A stretch of 64,000 nucleotides of DNA. Origin: Gemmatimonadales bacterium (lineage in GTDB: Bacteria > Gemmatimonadota > Gemmatimonadetes > Gemmatimonadales > Gemmatimonadaceae). This document shows, in pieces, positions 9,769 to 18,044 of this stretch. The position numbers and the translations under genes are program-made. Numbering within the stretch: position 1 is the stretch's first letter; every line of letters starts with the position of its first letter. A model generated the notes under the pieces. That model did not search any database, was not told where the DNA came from, and saw nothing but the letters and a program-made list of their open reading frames with translations. The stretch lies in assembly GCA_038208045.1 (NCBI GenBank), contig JBBQZD010000001.1, positions 4,526 through 68,525 on the forward strand. Reading direction: 5' to 3'.

Positions 9769-10659
9769 TCAGAAGATCAGCGGAGTGTGCGAGCCGGTTC
9801 CGGCCAGGCCGCGCGCGCGCGTTCGGTACGCCACGTCCGGCGGCGCGTCGCCGTTCGGCCAGTCGAGTGCTTTCCCCGCGTAGTCTGGGCGGGGTCGCGT
9901 CGCCAGAAACCCGGCGATGTCGAACGCCTGCTGTGGGGAGAGTATTCCAGGCGTGTCGCGCGGCATGTTGCGGCGAATGAACGCCGCGGCCACGCGGATG
10001 CGCGCCATGCCCGACCCGATATTGAACGCGCCGTCGCCCCACAGCGGCGTCCCCGACGTCAGGCTGTCGGCGGCAATCCGGCCTTCGCCGCTGGGGCCGT
10101 GGCATCGCGCGCAGTGCGCCGCGTACACCGCCAGGCCGCGCGCGGTGTCCGGAATCAGCGGCAGCAGCGAATCAATGCCACTCCCCCAGTTCCGGCGCCC
10201 CGACACGGTGCCGCGCGACAGCCACGAGATGTACGACACCAGGTCCCGCATGTCCGCGCCATCCGCCGGCAGCGGTGAGCCATCCATGCTCCGCTCGAAA
10301 CAGTCGTTGATGCGCTCCTCGATGTTCGCCACCTTCCCCGACCGCGAGCGGTACTGCGGGAACCGCCCGTAGGCACCGATCCACGGCATCGCGAAAGCGC
10401 GCGTGCCGTCGTCCAGATGGCACGACGCGCACCGCAGCCGGTTGCCGACGTGGTGCGGCAGTGAATCACGCGTGGCCCGCACCAGCGCCCGGCCGCGCCG
10501 GATGGACGCCGACAGCGGATCCTGCTTCAATGTCGATTCCGCCGGCGCGCGAAGGATCGTGTCCTGAGCGGCCGCCACACGCGAGGTGGCCACGTTCCCG
10601 CCGCCACCGCATGCCGACAGCAGCGCAATAACCAGGAGTCCTGTCGCCCTCGCTCTCAT
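9769..10659 (-). CDS. diheme c-type cytochrome (TsdA/thiosulfate dehydrogenase-like), lipoprotein signal
   Basis: Two CxxCH motifs (CASCH, CARCH). N-terminus MRARATGLLVIALLSACGG. Assignment to the TsdA-like family is by overall pattern only. Confidence 0.7.
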   Translation of the reverse strand: MRARATGLLVIALLSACGGGGNVATSRVAAAQDTILRAPAESTLKQDPLSASIRRGRALVRATRDSLPHHVGNRLRCASCHLDDGTRAFAMPWIGAYGRFPQYRSRSGKVANIEERINDCFERSMDGSPLPADGADMRDLVSYISWLSRGTVSGRRNWGSGIDSLLPLIPDTARGLAVYAAHCARCHGPSGEGRIAADSLTSGTPLWGDGAFNIGSGMARIRVAAAFIRRNMPRDTPGILSPQQAFDIAGFLATRPRPDYAGKALDWPNGDAPPDVAYRTRARGLAGTGSHTPLIF

Positions 10660-10701
10660 GCGGGGAAGATATGATCGCCGCGCCATCGCGTCACGCTGGC
10701 C

Positions 10702-12120
10702 TCACTTCCCCACACAGAACGTCCGGAACACGCGGTCCAGCACGTCCTCGACGTCCACGGCCCCGACCAATTCCTCCAGCGCCGTCACCGCCGCGCGCAG
10801 GTGCGTCGCCGCCACCGGAGCCGGGAGCGCCCGCTCCATCCACGCCGCGCGAAACGCCGCCAGTTCCTCGCGGGCACGCCGCAACGATGCCTCGTGCCGC
10901 GCCCGCGTCACCACCGGCGTCTCCTCATCCGGCGTCCCCACCCTCTCGAGCACTGCCCGCCGAATGGCCCCGCGCAACAACTGCAACCCCTCCCCACCAA
11001 CCGCACTAACGCAAACACCCCCCAAAGAAGCAGCCTCCGTGGCCCTCAGCCCTTCTCCGTGCCTCCGTGTTGAAGTTGCAGTAGCAGTTGCAGTAGCAGT
11101 TGCAGTAGCAGTTTCCCCCAAATCACACTTGGTCAGCACCGGCACCACCACCCCCGCAGTGAGCCCGCGCACCGCAACAACGGTGCGCTCCAGCACCTCG
11201 ACGCTGTCCGCGCAGGCAAGCACAACGTGCGCCTGCGCCACATACCGCTCGCTCACCTCGATGCCCAGCCGCTCCAGCGTGTCGCCGCTGTCGCGGAGCC
11301 CCGCCGTGTCGACCAGCCGTAGCGGGTACGGTGTGTCGTCTACCAGCACCTCCACCGCATCGCGTGTGGTCCCGGGGATCTCACTCACCAGCACGCGCGC
11401 CTCGCCCACCAGCGCGTTGAGCAGTGACGACTTGCCCGCATTCGGCGGTCCCGCCAGCACCACCAGCGCGCCATCCCGGCCGAGCGCCGCGGCCGGCAGC
11501 GTGGCGAGCAGCCGGTCTATCTGGGCCAGCGCCGCATCACACGCCGTCGCCACGCGCTCGCGCGACGGCGCCGCCTCGTCCTCCTCGGGGAAGTCGATCT
11601 CATAGGCAATCAGCGCATCCACCTGCAGCAGTGCCTCGCGCATCGCCAGCAGCCGCTGCGACAGCGCCCCGTCGAGTTGTCGCACCGCCGCGCGATGCGA
11701 CGCGCGCGACCGCGCATCAATCAGGTCGGCCACCGCCTCGGCGCGCACGAGGTCCAGCTTGCCGTGCAGCACCGCACGCTCGGTGAACTCCCCGGGCAGT
11801 GCCGGCCGCGCGCCCGCGGTCACGCACGCCGCCACCAGCAGCGTGCTCACCACCGAGCCGCCGTGCACCGCCAACTCCACCACGTCCTCGCCCGTGTACG
11901 AGTGCGGCGCGGCAAAGCGCGTCACGAGGCCGTGGTCAATCACCTGCGCCGGGTCGTCGGCGTCGTGCATCGTCACCAGCGTCGCCAGGCGCGCGCGCTC
12001 CGGAAACGGCGTCGTCACGCGTCGGGCGATGGCGAACGCCCGCGCGCCGCTCAGGCGCACGATTGCTATCGCCCCGCGTCCCGGGGCGGTGCTCACCGCG
12101 ACGATCGTGTCCGTGTTCAT
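10702..12120 (-). CDS. mnmE: tRNA modification GTPase MnmE (TrmE), carrying a repeat-derived insertion in the G domain
   Basis: 472 aa with GPPNAGKSSLLN (G1), DTAG (G3), TKCD (G4), SAVGGEG (G5) and C-terminal FCVGK. Confidence 0.95.
   Translation of the reverse strand: MNTDTIVAVSTAPGRGAIAIVRLSGARAFAIARRVTTPFPERARLATLVTMHDADDPAQVIDHGLVTRFAAPHSYTGEDVVELAVHGGSVVSTLLVAACVTAGARPALPGEFTERAVLHGKLDLVRAEAVADLIDARSRASHRAAVRQLDGALSQRLLAMREALLQVDALIAYEIDFPEEDEAAPSRERVATACDAALAQIDRLLATLPAAALGRDGALVVLAGPPNAGKSSLLNALVGEARVLVSEIPGTTRDAVEVLVDDTPYPLRLVDTAGLRDSGDTLERLGIEVSERYVAQAHVVLACADSVEVLERTVVAVRGLTAGVVVPVLTKCDLGETATATATATATATSTRRHGEGLRATEAASLGGVCVSAVGGEGLQLLRGAIRRAVLERVGTPDEETPVVTRARHEASLRRAREELAAFRAAWMERALPAPVAATHLRAAVTALEELVGAVDVEDVLDRVFRTFCVGK
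11018..11075 (+). repeat. NPR partial copy 3 (right half, beta'-type arm) embedded in frame in mnmE
   Basis: ccccccaaagaagcagcctccgtggccctcagcccttctccgtgcctccgtgttgaag matches the right halves of copies 1, 2, 5, 9 and 10. Confidence 0.8.
11075..11113. repeat. 12-bp tandem repeat (gttgcagtagca x3 + gtt) inside mnmE, encoding (TA)6-T
   Basis: Read directly; in frame; abuts the element half-copy. Confidence 0.9.
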
Positions 12121-12130
12121 CTCAGGTCTT

Positions 12131-12323
12131 GTGCGCCAGTCAGGGCGTGTTCAACACGGAGACACCGAGGAAGGCTGAGGGCCCCGGAGACCGCCTTGAA
12201 GGAAACAAGAAACAGGGGGCCGGCGGACGAATATGTCCCCCGAACCCCGATAATGAAGCAGCCTCCGTGGCCCTCGCCGTCAACTCCGTGGCTCCGTGTC
12301 GAAGAAAGGGCAGAATGGCGCAC
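12131..12323 (-). repeat. NPR copy 4, inverted orientation (beta left arm / alpha' right arm)
   Basis: ttcaacacggagacaccgaggaaggctgagggccccggag ... cctccgtggccctcgccgtcaactccgtggctccgtgtcgaa. It fills the yidC-stop to mnmE-start spacer. Confidence 0.85.
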
Positions 12324-12333
12324 CAAGACAGGC

Positions 12334-14040
12334 CTACGTCTTCACCCCGGTCGCACCCTTCGCCCGCTCATTGGCAATCAGCCATTGCTGCGGCAGCGCC
12401 GCCAGGTTCTGGATCGTGTAGTACAGGTTCAGCCCCGACGCAAAGTTGATCAGGAAGAACGTCATCATTGCCGGCATGATGTACGCCATCATCTTCGCCT
12501 GCGGGTTCGGCGGCGCGTTGCGCATGCCGATCCAGCTCAGCACGTACATCGACGCGCCCATCACGAGCGGCAGGATGTACAGCGGATCCTTCAGCGAGAT
12601 GTCGGGCAGCCACATGAACGACACGCCGCGGAACTCGATCGTGTTCTGGAACACGAAGAACAGCGCGAACAGGATTGGCATCGGCAGCAGCATCGGCAGG
12701 CAGCCCAGCAGCGGGCTCAGCGGGCTCATGCCGTGCTCGCTGTACAGCTTCATGATCTCGGCCTGCTGCTTCTGCGGGTCGCTCTTGTACTTGGCCTGCA
12801 GCGCCTGCATCTCGGGCTGAATGCGCTGCAGCTTCATGCTCGCGCGCATCGCCTTCTGGTTGAGCGGCCACATCATCAGGCGGATCACCACGCCGAAGAT
12901 CACCAGCACCCAGCCGTAGTTCAGGTGCGTGGTGGCCTTCATCCAGAGCAGCGAGCGCATCACGATGGTCGCGAACGGCTGCACCACGCCCTGCAGAAAG
13001 CCGCCGTAGGGGTTGGCATTTTCGAAGTCCCGCCCCAGGGCGCGCATGCGCTCCCATTCCTGCGGCCCGGTGTACAGGTCGAACGACACGGTGCCGTTGC
13101 CCAGTGGAAGCACCGCCGTCGCGATGCCGCGCGTGGCCATCTTCGACGTGCGCGCGCCGCCCTCGAAATGCACCTCGGCGATCGTGGGCGCCTTTTCCGA
13201 CGTCAGCAGCGCCACCACGAAGTACTTGTTCTTCGCCACCGCCCACAGCATCGGTCCCACCTCGAGCCGCTGTTCGCCCGGGTCGAGCTTGTGGAACGGA
13301 ATGCCCTTGGACCCGCCCTTCTGCGGCTTCACCGCATAGGCCAGCGCGTTCAGGTCCCCAAGCGTGTCGCCTTCCTGCGACACGAACCCCGTCGGCATGT
13401 CCACCAGCAGGAAGGCCGGGGTGGGAACGCCGGTCACGGTCGTCTTCACCGTGCTCAGATAGCTGTCGGGCGTCATCGTGTACTGCACGGTGATGTCGGC
13501 CGTGCCGTGCACGCCGTGGAACGTCACCGTCGGCGCGTCGCCAGCGCCGACCGCGCGCGTGCTGGTGAACTGCATCGTCGACAGGCGAATCGTGTCGTTG
13601 CCCGCCAGGATGCGATAGCGCAGCAGGGGCTCGCCCTTCTGGTGAATCGTCACGAGTCCCTTGTTCGGACCCAGGCCGTGATACCGCGGCACCTCCACGT
13701 CGAGCGGCGCGGCGCCGACACTGGAGAGACGCAGGTGGCTCAGCGCCGTGTTGACGGTCACCGTTTCCGGCACGACCATCGTCGGTGCGCCGGGGGCCGC
13801 CGCGCCGGCCGGTCCCTGGGTTGCGCCGACAGCGGCGCCGACGGCGGCGCCCATGGCCGGCACGGGCGCCGAGGGAGTCACGGCCGTCGGATTCGCCGCC
13901 GCTCCGGCGGCCGCATCCGACGACGCCACGACTTCCGTGGGCGCGGAAGATGGTGCGGGCTTGACGCGCGGAAACAGGAAGGGCGTGGCAACCACCACCA
14001 CCCCGGACAGCGCGAATGCTAGAAAGAGCTTTTTATCCAT
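12334..14040 (-). CDS. yidC: membrane protein insertase YidC
   Basis: 568 aa with a large periplasmic domain and a C-terminal 60-kDa IMP core (MKLQRIQPEMQALQAKYK...NLYYTIQNL). Conserved rpmH-rnpA-yidD-yidC-mnmE synteny. Confidence 0.95.
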   Translation of the reverse strand: MDKKLFLAFALSGVVVVATPFLFPRVKPAPSSAPTEVVASSDAAAGAAANPTAVTPSAPVPAMGAAVGAAVGATQGPAGAAAPGAPTMVVPETVTVNTALSHLRLSSVGAAPLDVEVPRYHGLGPNKGLVTIHQKGEPLLRYRILAGNDTIRLSTMQFTSTRAVGAGDAPTVTFHGVHGTADITVQYTMTPDSYLSTVKTTVTGVPTPAFLLVDMPTGFVSQEGDTLGDLNALAYAVKPQKGGSKGIPFHKLDPGEQRLEVGPMLWAVAKNKYFVVALLTSEKAPTIAEVHFEGGARTSKMATRGIATAVLPLGNGTVSFDLYTGPQEWERMRALGRDFENANPYGGFLQGVVQPFATIVMRSLLWMKATTHLNYGWVLVIFGVVIRLMMWPLNQKAMRASMKLQRIQPEMQALQAKYKSDPQKQQAEIMKLYSEHGMSPLSPLLGCLPMLLPMPILFALFFVFQNTIEFRGVSFMWLPDISLKDPLYILPLVMGASMYVLSWIGMRNAPPNPQAKMMAYIMPAMMTFFLINFASGLNLYYTIQNLAALPQQWLIANERAKGATGVKT

Positions 14041-14058
14041 CGGCGATTGGCGTGTTCG

Positions 14059-14268
14059 TCAGGGCACCGGGTCGTAACCGCCCGGCCGGAATGGATGGCA
14101 CCGCGCAATGCGCTTGACCGCGAGCCATCCACCACGCAAAGCGCCATGCTTCTCCAGCGCTTCGATGGCATAGTGGGAACAGGTTGGATAATAACGGCAC
14201 GACGACGGAAGATGCGGCGACAGCACCACCTGGTATCCGCGTACGAAGAGAACCAGCAGCTGTTTCAT
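14059..14268 (-). CDS. yidD: membrane protein insertion efficiency factor YidD
   Basis: 69 aa: [38 protein letters not shown]. Confidence 0.9.
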   Translation of the reverse strand: MKQLLVLFVRGYQVVLSPHLPSSCRYYPTCSHYAIEALEKHGALRGGWLAVKRIARCHPFRPGGYDPVP

Positions 14269-14693
14269 GGCGTCCGCTCCGGGTCCTGCGACGACGGTTG
14301 TACCGGCAGCGGCGGCACCAGCGGCGGCGCCAGCGCCACCGGTAGCTGCGCCCCCGCTTTCAGCAGCGACGCGCGCAACACGTCATAGCTCGCGCCATAC
14401 GCGCTCGGGGTCGCGCGAATCACCACGTCGAGGGCCGGTCGCGCCGCCAGCATCGGCAGTAGCTCCAGCCGCGTCAGCTCGCGCAACCTCCGCTTCACGG
14501 TGTTGCGCGACACCGCCGACTTGCCGTATCGCGGCACGATGATCCCGATGCGCGGACCTCCGGCCTCCGGAACACGAAGAGGGGAAGCGAGATATCGCAC
14601 CTCGAGCTGTCCGGTGCGCACTCGCTTCCCCTGAAGGCGAACCGCCTCGAGATCCCGCTCACGCGTCAGGCGCGACGCGCGCGGAAATCGCAA
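14265..14693 (-). CDS. rnpA: ribonuclease P protein component
   Basis: Position between rpmH and yidD; basic protein with the [24 protein letters not shown] motif. The apparent start is TTG, so the exact start is uncertain. Confidence 0.8.
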   Translation of the reverse strand: MRFPRASRLTRERDLEAVRLQGKRVRTGQLEVRYLASPLRVPEAGGPRIGIIVPRYGKSAVSRNTVKRRLRELTRLELLPMLAARPALDVVIRATPSAYGASYDVLRASLLKAGAQLPVALAPPLVPPLPVQPSSQDPERTP

Positions 14694-14697
14694 ACGA

Positions 14698-14862
14698 TTA
14701 GGCGCCGGCGTACTTCGACGGGAGCTTCACGGTGAGGCTCTTCCGCCCCTTCTTGCGGCGACGGCTCAACACCGCGCGCCCCCACTTCGTCTCCATGCGC
14801 GCACGAAAGCCGTGCGTGGCGATGCGGCGCTTGTTGCGGGGACGATACGTCGGCTTGCCCAT
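14698..14862 (-). CDS. rpmH: 50S ribosomal protein L34
   Basis: Own translation (below the 60-aa track cutoff): [54 protein letters not shown]. Confidence 0.9.
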   Translation of the reverse strand: MGKPTYRPRNKRRIATHGFRARMETKWGRAVLSRRRKKGRKSLTVKLPSKYAGA

Positions 14863-14983
14863 ATGGACTCCAAAATGCGTGACTGCACTGCATGACTGCC
14901 ATTCGGAAACAGAACGCTAAACGTAGCCGGCAGGCGGAGATAGGTCAAGTCGCGTGAATTGGTTTGGACTCACGAGCGTTGAC

Positions 14984-14992
14984 TTTTCCACA
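14984..14992 (+). promoter_or_regulatory. DnaA-box-like 9-mer TTTTCCACA (1 mismatch to TTATCCACA)
   Basis: Seen directly in the rpmH-dnaA spacer. Confidence 0.5.
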
Positions 14993-15021
14993 TCGCTCCC
15001 GTAGTCTCGCCACCCCCGCAA

Positions 15022-15030
15022 TTGTCCACG
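15022..15030 (+). promoter_or_regulatory. DnaA-box-like 9-mer TTGTCCACG (2 mismatches)
   Basis: Seen directly in the rpmH-dnaA spacer. Confidence 0.35.
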
Positions 15031-15040
15031 CGTCGTACAG

Positions 15041-15100
15041 AACTGTCGTGCTCTGTCGTTCTCTGTCGTTCTCTGTCGTTCTCTGTCTTCCTCTGGTCCT
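15041..15100 (+). repeat. 10-bp phased tandem repeat (ctctgtcgtt x3, flanked by degenerate units) ending 2 nt before the dnaA ATG
   Basis: aactgtcgtg ctctgtcgtt ctctgtcgtt ctctgtcgtt ctctgtcttc ctctggtcct, read directly. Confidence 0.9.
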
Positions 15101-15102
15101 CC

Positions 15103-16494
15103 ATGTCCCTGTCCGCTGCCGACGCCTGGTCCCGTCTCCTCGACCGGGCGCGAGATCACCTTCCGGCACATACCACCGACCAGTGGCTCGCCCCGCTGGC
15201 AGCCGCCGAGTTCGACGGGCAGACGCTGACCCTCACCGCGCCAGACCAGTTTGCGGTGGACTGGGTCTCCACCAAGCACCTCGACCATCTCGAGAGCCTG
15301 GGCCCGGTCTGCCTGGGCCACCCGCTCAAGATCGTGCTCAAGGTCCAGGACGAGCGCCGAACGCGACCACAAATGGACCTCTTTGTGCCGCAGAATAACG
15401 CCACAATAGAGCCAGTAAAGGCAGACAATACCGTCATTTTGAGCCAGTTGAACGACCGCTACTCGTTCGATCACTTCGTCATCGGCAAGTCCAACGAGCT
15501 GGCCGCGGCCGCCGCCGCCGCCGTGTCCGAAGCCCCGGGCAAGTCCTACAACCCGCTCTTCATCTACGGCGCCACCGGGCTCGGCAAGACCCACCTGATG
15601 CAGGCCATCGCCCACCGCATCCTCAAGCGCGACCCGGCCGTCAGGGTCACATACATTACCGCCGAGCAGTTCCTCAACGACGTCATCAACTCCATCGAGA
15701 ACCGCTCGATGAATGACTTCAAGCGTCGGTACCGCCAGGCCGATCTCCTGCTCGTCGACGACGTCCACGTCCTCGCCGGCAAGCAGCAGACCCAGGAAGA
15801 GTTCTTCCACACCTTCAACGCGCTCTACGAAGCCGGTCGCCAGATCGTGCTCACCTCCGATCGTCCGCCCTCGGAGATTCCGCGCCTCGAGGACCGCCTG
15901 AAGAGCCGCTTCGAGTGGGGCATGGTCGCCGACGTCTCGGCGCCTGACCTCGAGCACCGCATCGCCATTCTCCGCCGCAAGGCGCAGATGGACCATCTCG
16001 AGCACACGATTCCCGATGAGGTCCTCCACTTCATCGCCGACCACGTGCAGGCCAACGTCCGCGAGCTCGAGGGGTCCATCATCAAGCTGCTCGCCTTCGC
16101 CTCGCTCAAGCACCGCGTGGTCACCGTCGACCTGGCGCGTGAGGCGTTACGCGACAAGCTGCGTGCGAACGATGCCGCCCCCGTGCGGTCGACACGCCAG
16201 GATAAGGTCCACCAGATCCAGCAGGCGGTCGCCGGCGAGTGGGGAGTCACGGTGGACGGATTGATCTCCAAGACGCGAACCAAGGTGCTCACCGTCCCGC
16301 GCCAGGTGGCCATGTACCTGACCCGGGAAATCCACGGGCTCCAGCTGGTCGAGATCGGCGCTGCCTTCGGAGGGCGCGACCACTCCACCGTCATTCACTC
16401 CCTGGAGCGGGTCACCGAGATGGTGCGGGAAGACACCGTGTTCCGAGGGCGTGTGGAAAAAGTGAGGGAAACATGTCGACACGTGCAGTGGTGA
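15103..16494 (+). CDS. dnaA: chromosomal replication initiator protein DnaA
   Basis: Start chosen at MSLSAADAWSRLLDRA. AAA+ core GATGLGKTHLMQAI, DDVHVLAGK, and C-terminal DNA-binding domain (VAMYLTREIHGLQLVEIGAAFGGRDHSTVIHS). Confidence 0.95.
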   Translation: MSLSAADAWSRLLDRARDHLPAHTTDQWLAPLAAAEFDGQTLTLTAPDQFAVDWVSTKHLDHLESLGPVCLGHPLKIVLKVQDERRTRPQMDLFVPQNNATIEPVKADNTVILSQLNDRYSFDHFVIGKSNELAAAAAAAVSEAPGKSYNPLFIYGATGLGKTHLMQAIAHRILKRDPAVRVTYITAEQFLNDVINSIENRSMNDFKRRYRQADLLLVDDVHVLAGKQQTQEEFFHTFNALYEAGRQIVLTSDRPPSEIPRLEDRLKSRFEWGMVADVSAPDLEHRIAILRRKAQMDHLEHTIPDEVLHFIADHVQANVRELEGSIIKLLAFASLKHRVVTVDLAREALRDKLRANDAAPVRSTRQDKVHQIQQAVAGEWGVTVDGLISKTRTKVLTVPRQVAMYLTREIHGLQLVEIGAAFGGRDHSTVIHSLERVTEMVREDTVFRGRVEKVRETCRHVQW

Positions 16495-16550
16495 ACATTG
16501 ACCGGTGGAGAACCAGCGGGTGACAAATGTTCATCCCACTGGTCCCGGTG

Positions 16551-16632
16551 TATTCCACAGGGGTTCCACGTGAGTTGAGGGCAGGAAAGTGCAAGCCGTT
16601 GAACCACTTGTATTGCTTTTCCACTTTCCACA
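16551..16632. promoter_or_regulatory. cluster of DnaA-box-like motifs in the dnaA-dnaN spacer (TATTCCACA, TTTTCCACT, CTTTCCACA)
   Basis: 9-mers with 2 mismatches each at 16551, 16617 and 16624, in a locally AT-enriched spacer. Confidence 0.4.
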
Positions 16633-16724
16633 CGCTACTACTACTACCGCCACGATATCCAATTCTCTTGGATTGGTTTAGAGATTCGCGCCAATCCCCA
16701 AAGGACCTAAACAAAAGGGTTGGA

Positions 16725-17834
16725 ATGCGCTTCACGATCTCTCGTGAGAAGCTGCAGGAAGGGCTCGCCGCTGTGGCATCTGCCGTGCCGTCAAAGACGA
16801 CCCTGCCGGTCCTCGCCAATCTCCTCGTCCAGACCACGGACAAGGGTATTCGCATTTCCGGCACGGATCTCGATATTGCCGTGTCCACGGAAGTCACGGC
16901 CGACGTCGAGGCGGCGGGCGCCATCACCATTCCCGCAAAGAAACTCTCGGAAATCGCCCGCGAGCTCCCCGCCGCGCCGGTCAAGATCTCGTCCTCCGGC
17001 GACCAGCGGATATCGCTCGAATGCGGGCGCTCGAAGTTCAAGTTGCTTGGCCTTCCAAAGTCCGAGTTTCCGAGCTTCCCGGCGGTGCAGTTCGAAAAAA
17101 GCATCCGCATTCCCTCCGGCGAGTTGCAGAAGCTCATCGCGCACACGGCCTTTGCCGCGTCCACCGAAGAAAGCCGCCCGATCCTGAATGGCGTGTTGTG
17201 GGAGATGCGTGCCGACCTCATGCGCATGGTGGCCACGAACGGACATCGCCTGGCCAAGATGGAAGTGCCGGTCCGCGGCAGTGGCGATCAGACCGACCTG
17301 ATCATTCCGCCGAAGGCGCTCGAGCAGATTCGCCGCCTGTTCCCGGCCGAGGAAGAGCTCGAAGTGGCCCAAGGCGAGAACCACCTCGGCTTCCGCTCAC
17401 CGTTCACCTCGGTCTTCACGCGCCTCATCGAAGGGCCGTACCCGAGCTACGATCAGGTCATTCCGAAGGACAACGACAAGATCGTCACGCTCGACAAGGC
17501 CGCGCTCATCGGGGCGCTCAAGCGCATGTCGGTCGTGGCGTCGGACCAGACGCACCGCATCCGCATGTCGTTCAACGCCGGCATGCTCAAGTTCAATGTC
17601 TCCACGCCGGATCTTGGCGAGGCGCAGGACGAGATGGCCATTCGCTATGATGGCGATCCGCTCGAGATCGGCTTCAACGCCGCCTATCTGCTCGAGATCC
17701 TGCGATTCATGCCGACCGACGAAGTGAAGATGAGCTTCAAGGCCCCGGAGCGTGCCGCAACCATCGAACCAGAGGGCTGGAGCGATCCGGCCAAGTATCT
17801 CTGCCTGCTGATGCCGCTGCGGCTGGTGGACTGA
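16725..17834 (+). CDS. dnaN: DNA polymerase III beta sliding clamp
   Basis: MRFTISREKLQEGLAAVASAVPSKTTLPVLANLLVQT..., ~370 aa, follows dnaA. Confidence 0.95.
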   Translation: MRFTISREKLQEGLAAVASAVPSKTTLPVLANLLVQTTDKGIRISGTDLDIAVSTEVTADVEAAGAITIPAKKLSEIARELPAAPVKISSSGDQRISLECGRSKFKLLGLPKSEFPSFPAVQFEKSIRIPSGELQKLIAHTAFAASTEESRPILNGVLWEMRADLMRMVATNGHRLAKMEVPVRGSGDQTDLIIPPKALEQIRRLFPAEEELEVAQGENHLGFRSPFTSVFTRLIEGPYPSYDQVIPKDNDKIVTLDKAALIGALKRMSVVASDQTHRIRMSFNAGMLKFNVSTPDLGEAQDEMAIRYDGDPLEIGFNAAYLLEILRFMPTDEVKMSFKAPERAATIEPEGWSDPAKYLCLLMPLRLVD

Positions 17835-17840
17835 GCCAGG

Positions 17841-18033
17841 GGCGCCATTCGGGGCTTTGTTCAACACGGAGCCACGGAGTTGACGGCAAGGGCCACGGAG
17901 ACTGCAACGGCAATTCAAGGGGGCCTGGGGGACAGCACGGTCCCCCGGGCCCCTGAGATTTTGTAATCGCAGCCTCCGTGGCCCTCAGCTTTTCCTCGGT
18001 GTCTCCGTGTTGAAAAAAGCCAAGAATGGCGCC
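17841..18033 (+). repeat. NPR copy 5 (alpha left arm / beta' right arm), full length with outer GGCGCCATTC...GAATGGCGCC palindrome
   Basis: Read directly. It fills the spacer between dnaN (stop 17834) and the convergent gene (stop 18045). Confidence 0.9.
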
Positions 18034-18044
18034 CCAGAACCCAG

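Noticed and set aside
10586-11605. 339-aa Ser/Thr/Ala-rich ORF on the plus strand
   Set aside because: It is antisense to mnmE, with low-complexity composition. It is a shadow ORF.
11677-14022. 781-aa ORF on the plus strand
   Set aside because: It is antisense to mnmE and yidC, both of which have clear family motifs. Its composition is extremely Arg/His/Ala/Gly-rich, typical of shadow ORFs in high-GC DNA, and it has no recognisable domain.
14917-16113. 398-aa ORF on the minus strand
   Set aside because: It is antisense to dnaA and has no motifs. It is a shadow ORF.
16563-16578. parS-like sequence GGTTCCACGTGAGTTG in the dnaA-dnaN spacer
   Set aside because: Only one half-site matches (about 11/16 to TGTTCCACGTGGAACA). 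It is probably chance or a degenerate site. The only convincing parS is at 38643-38658.
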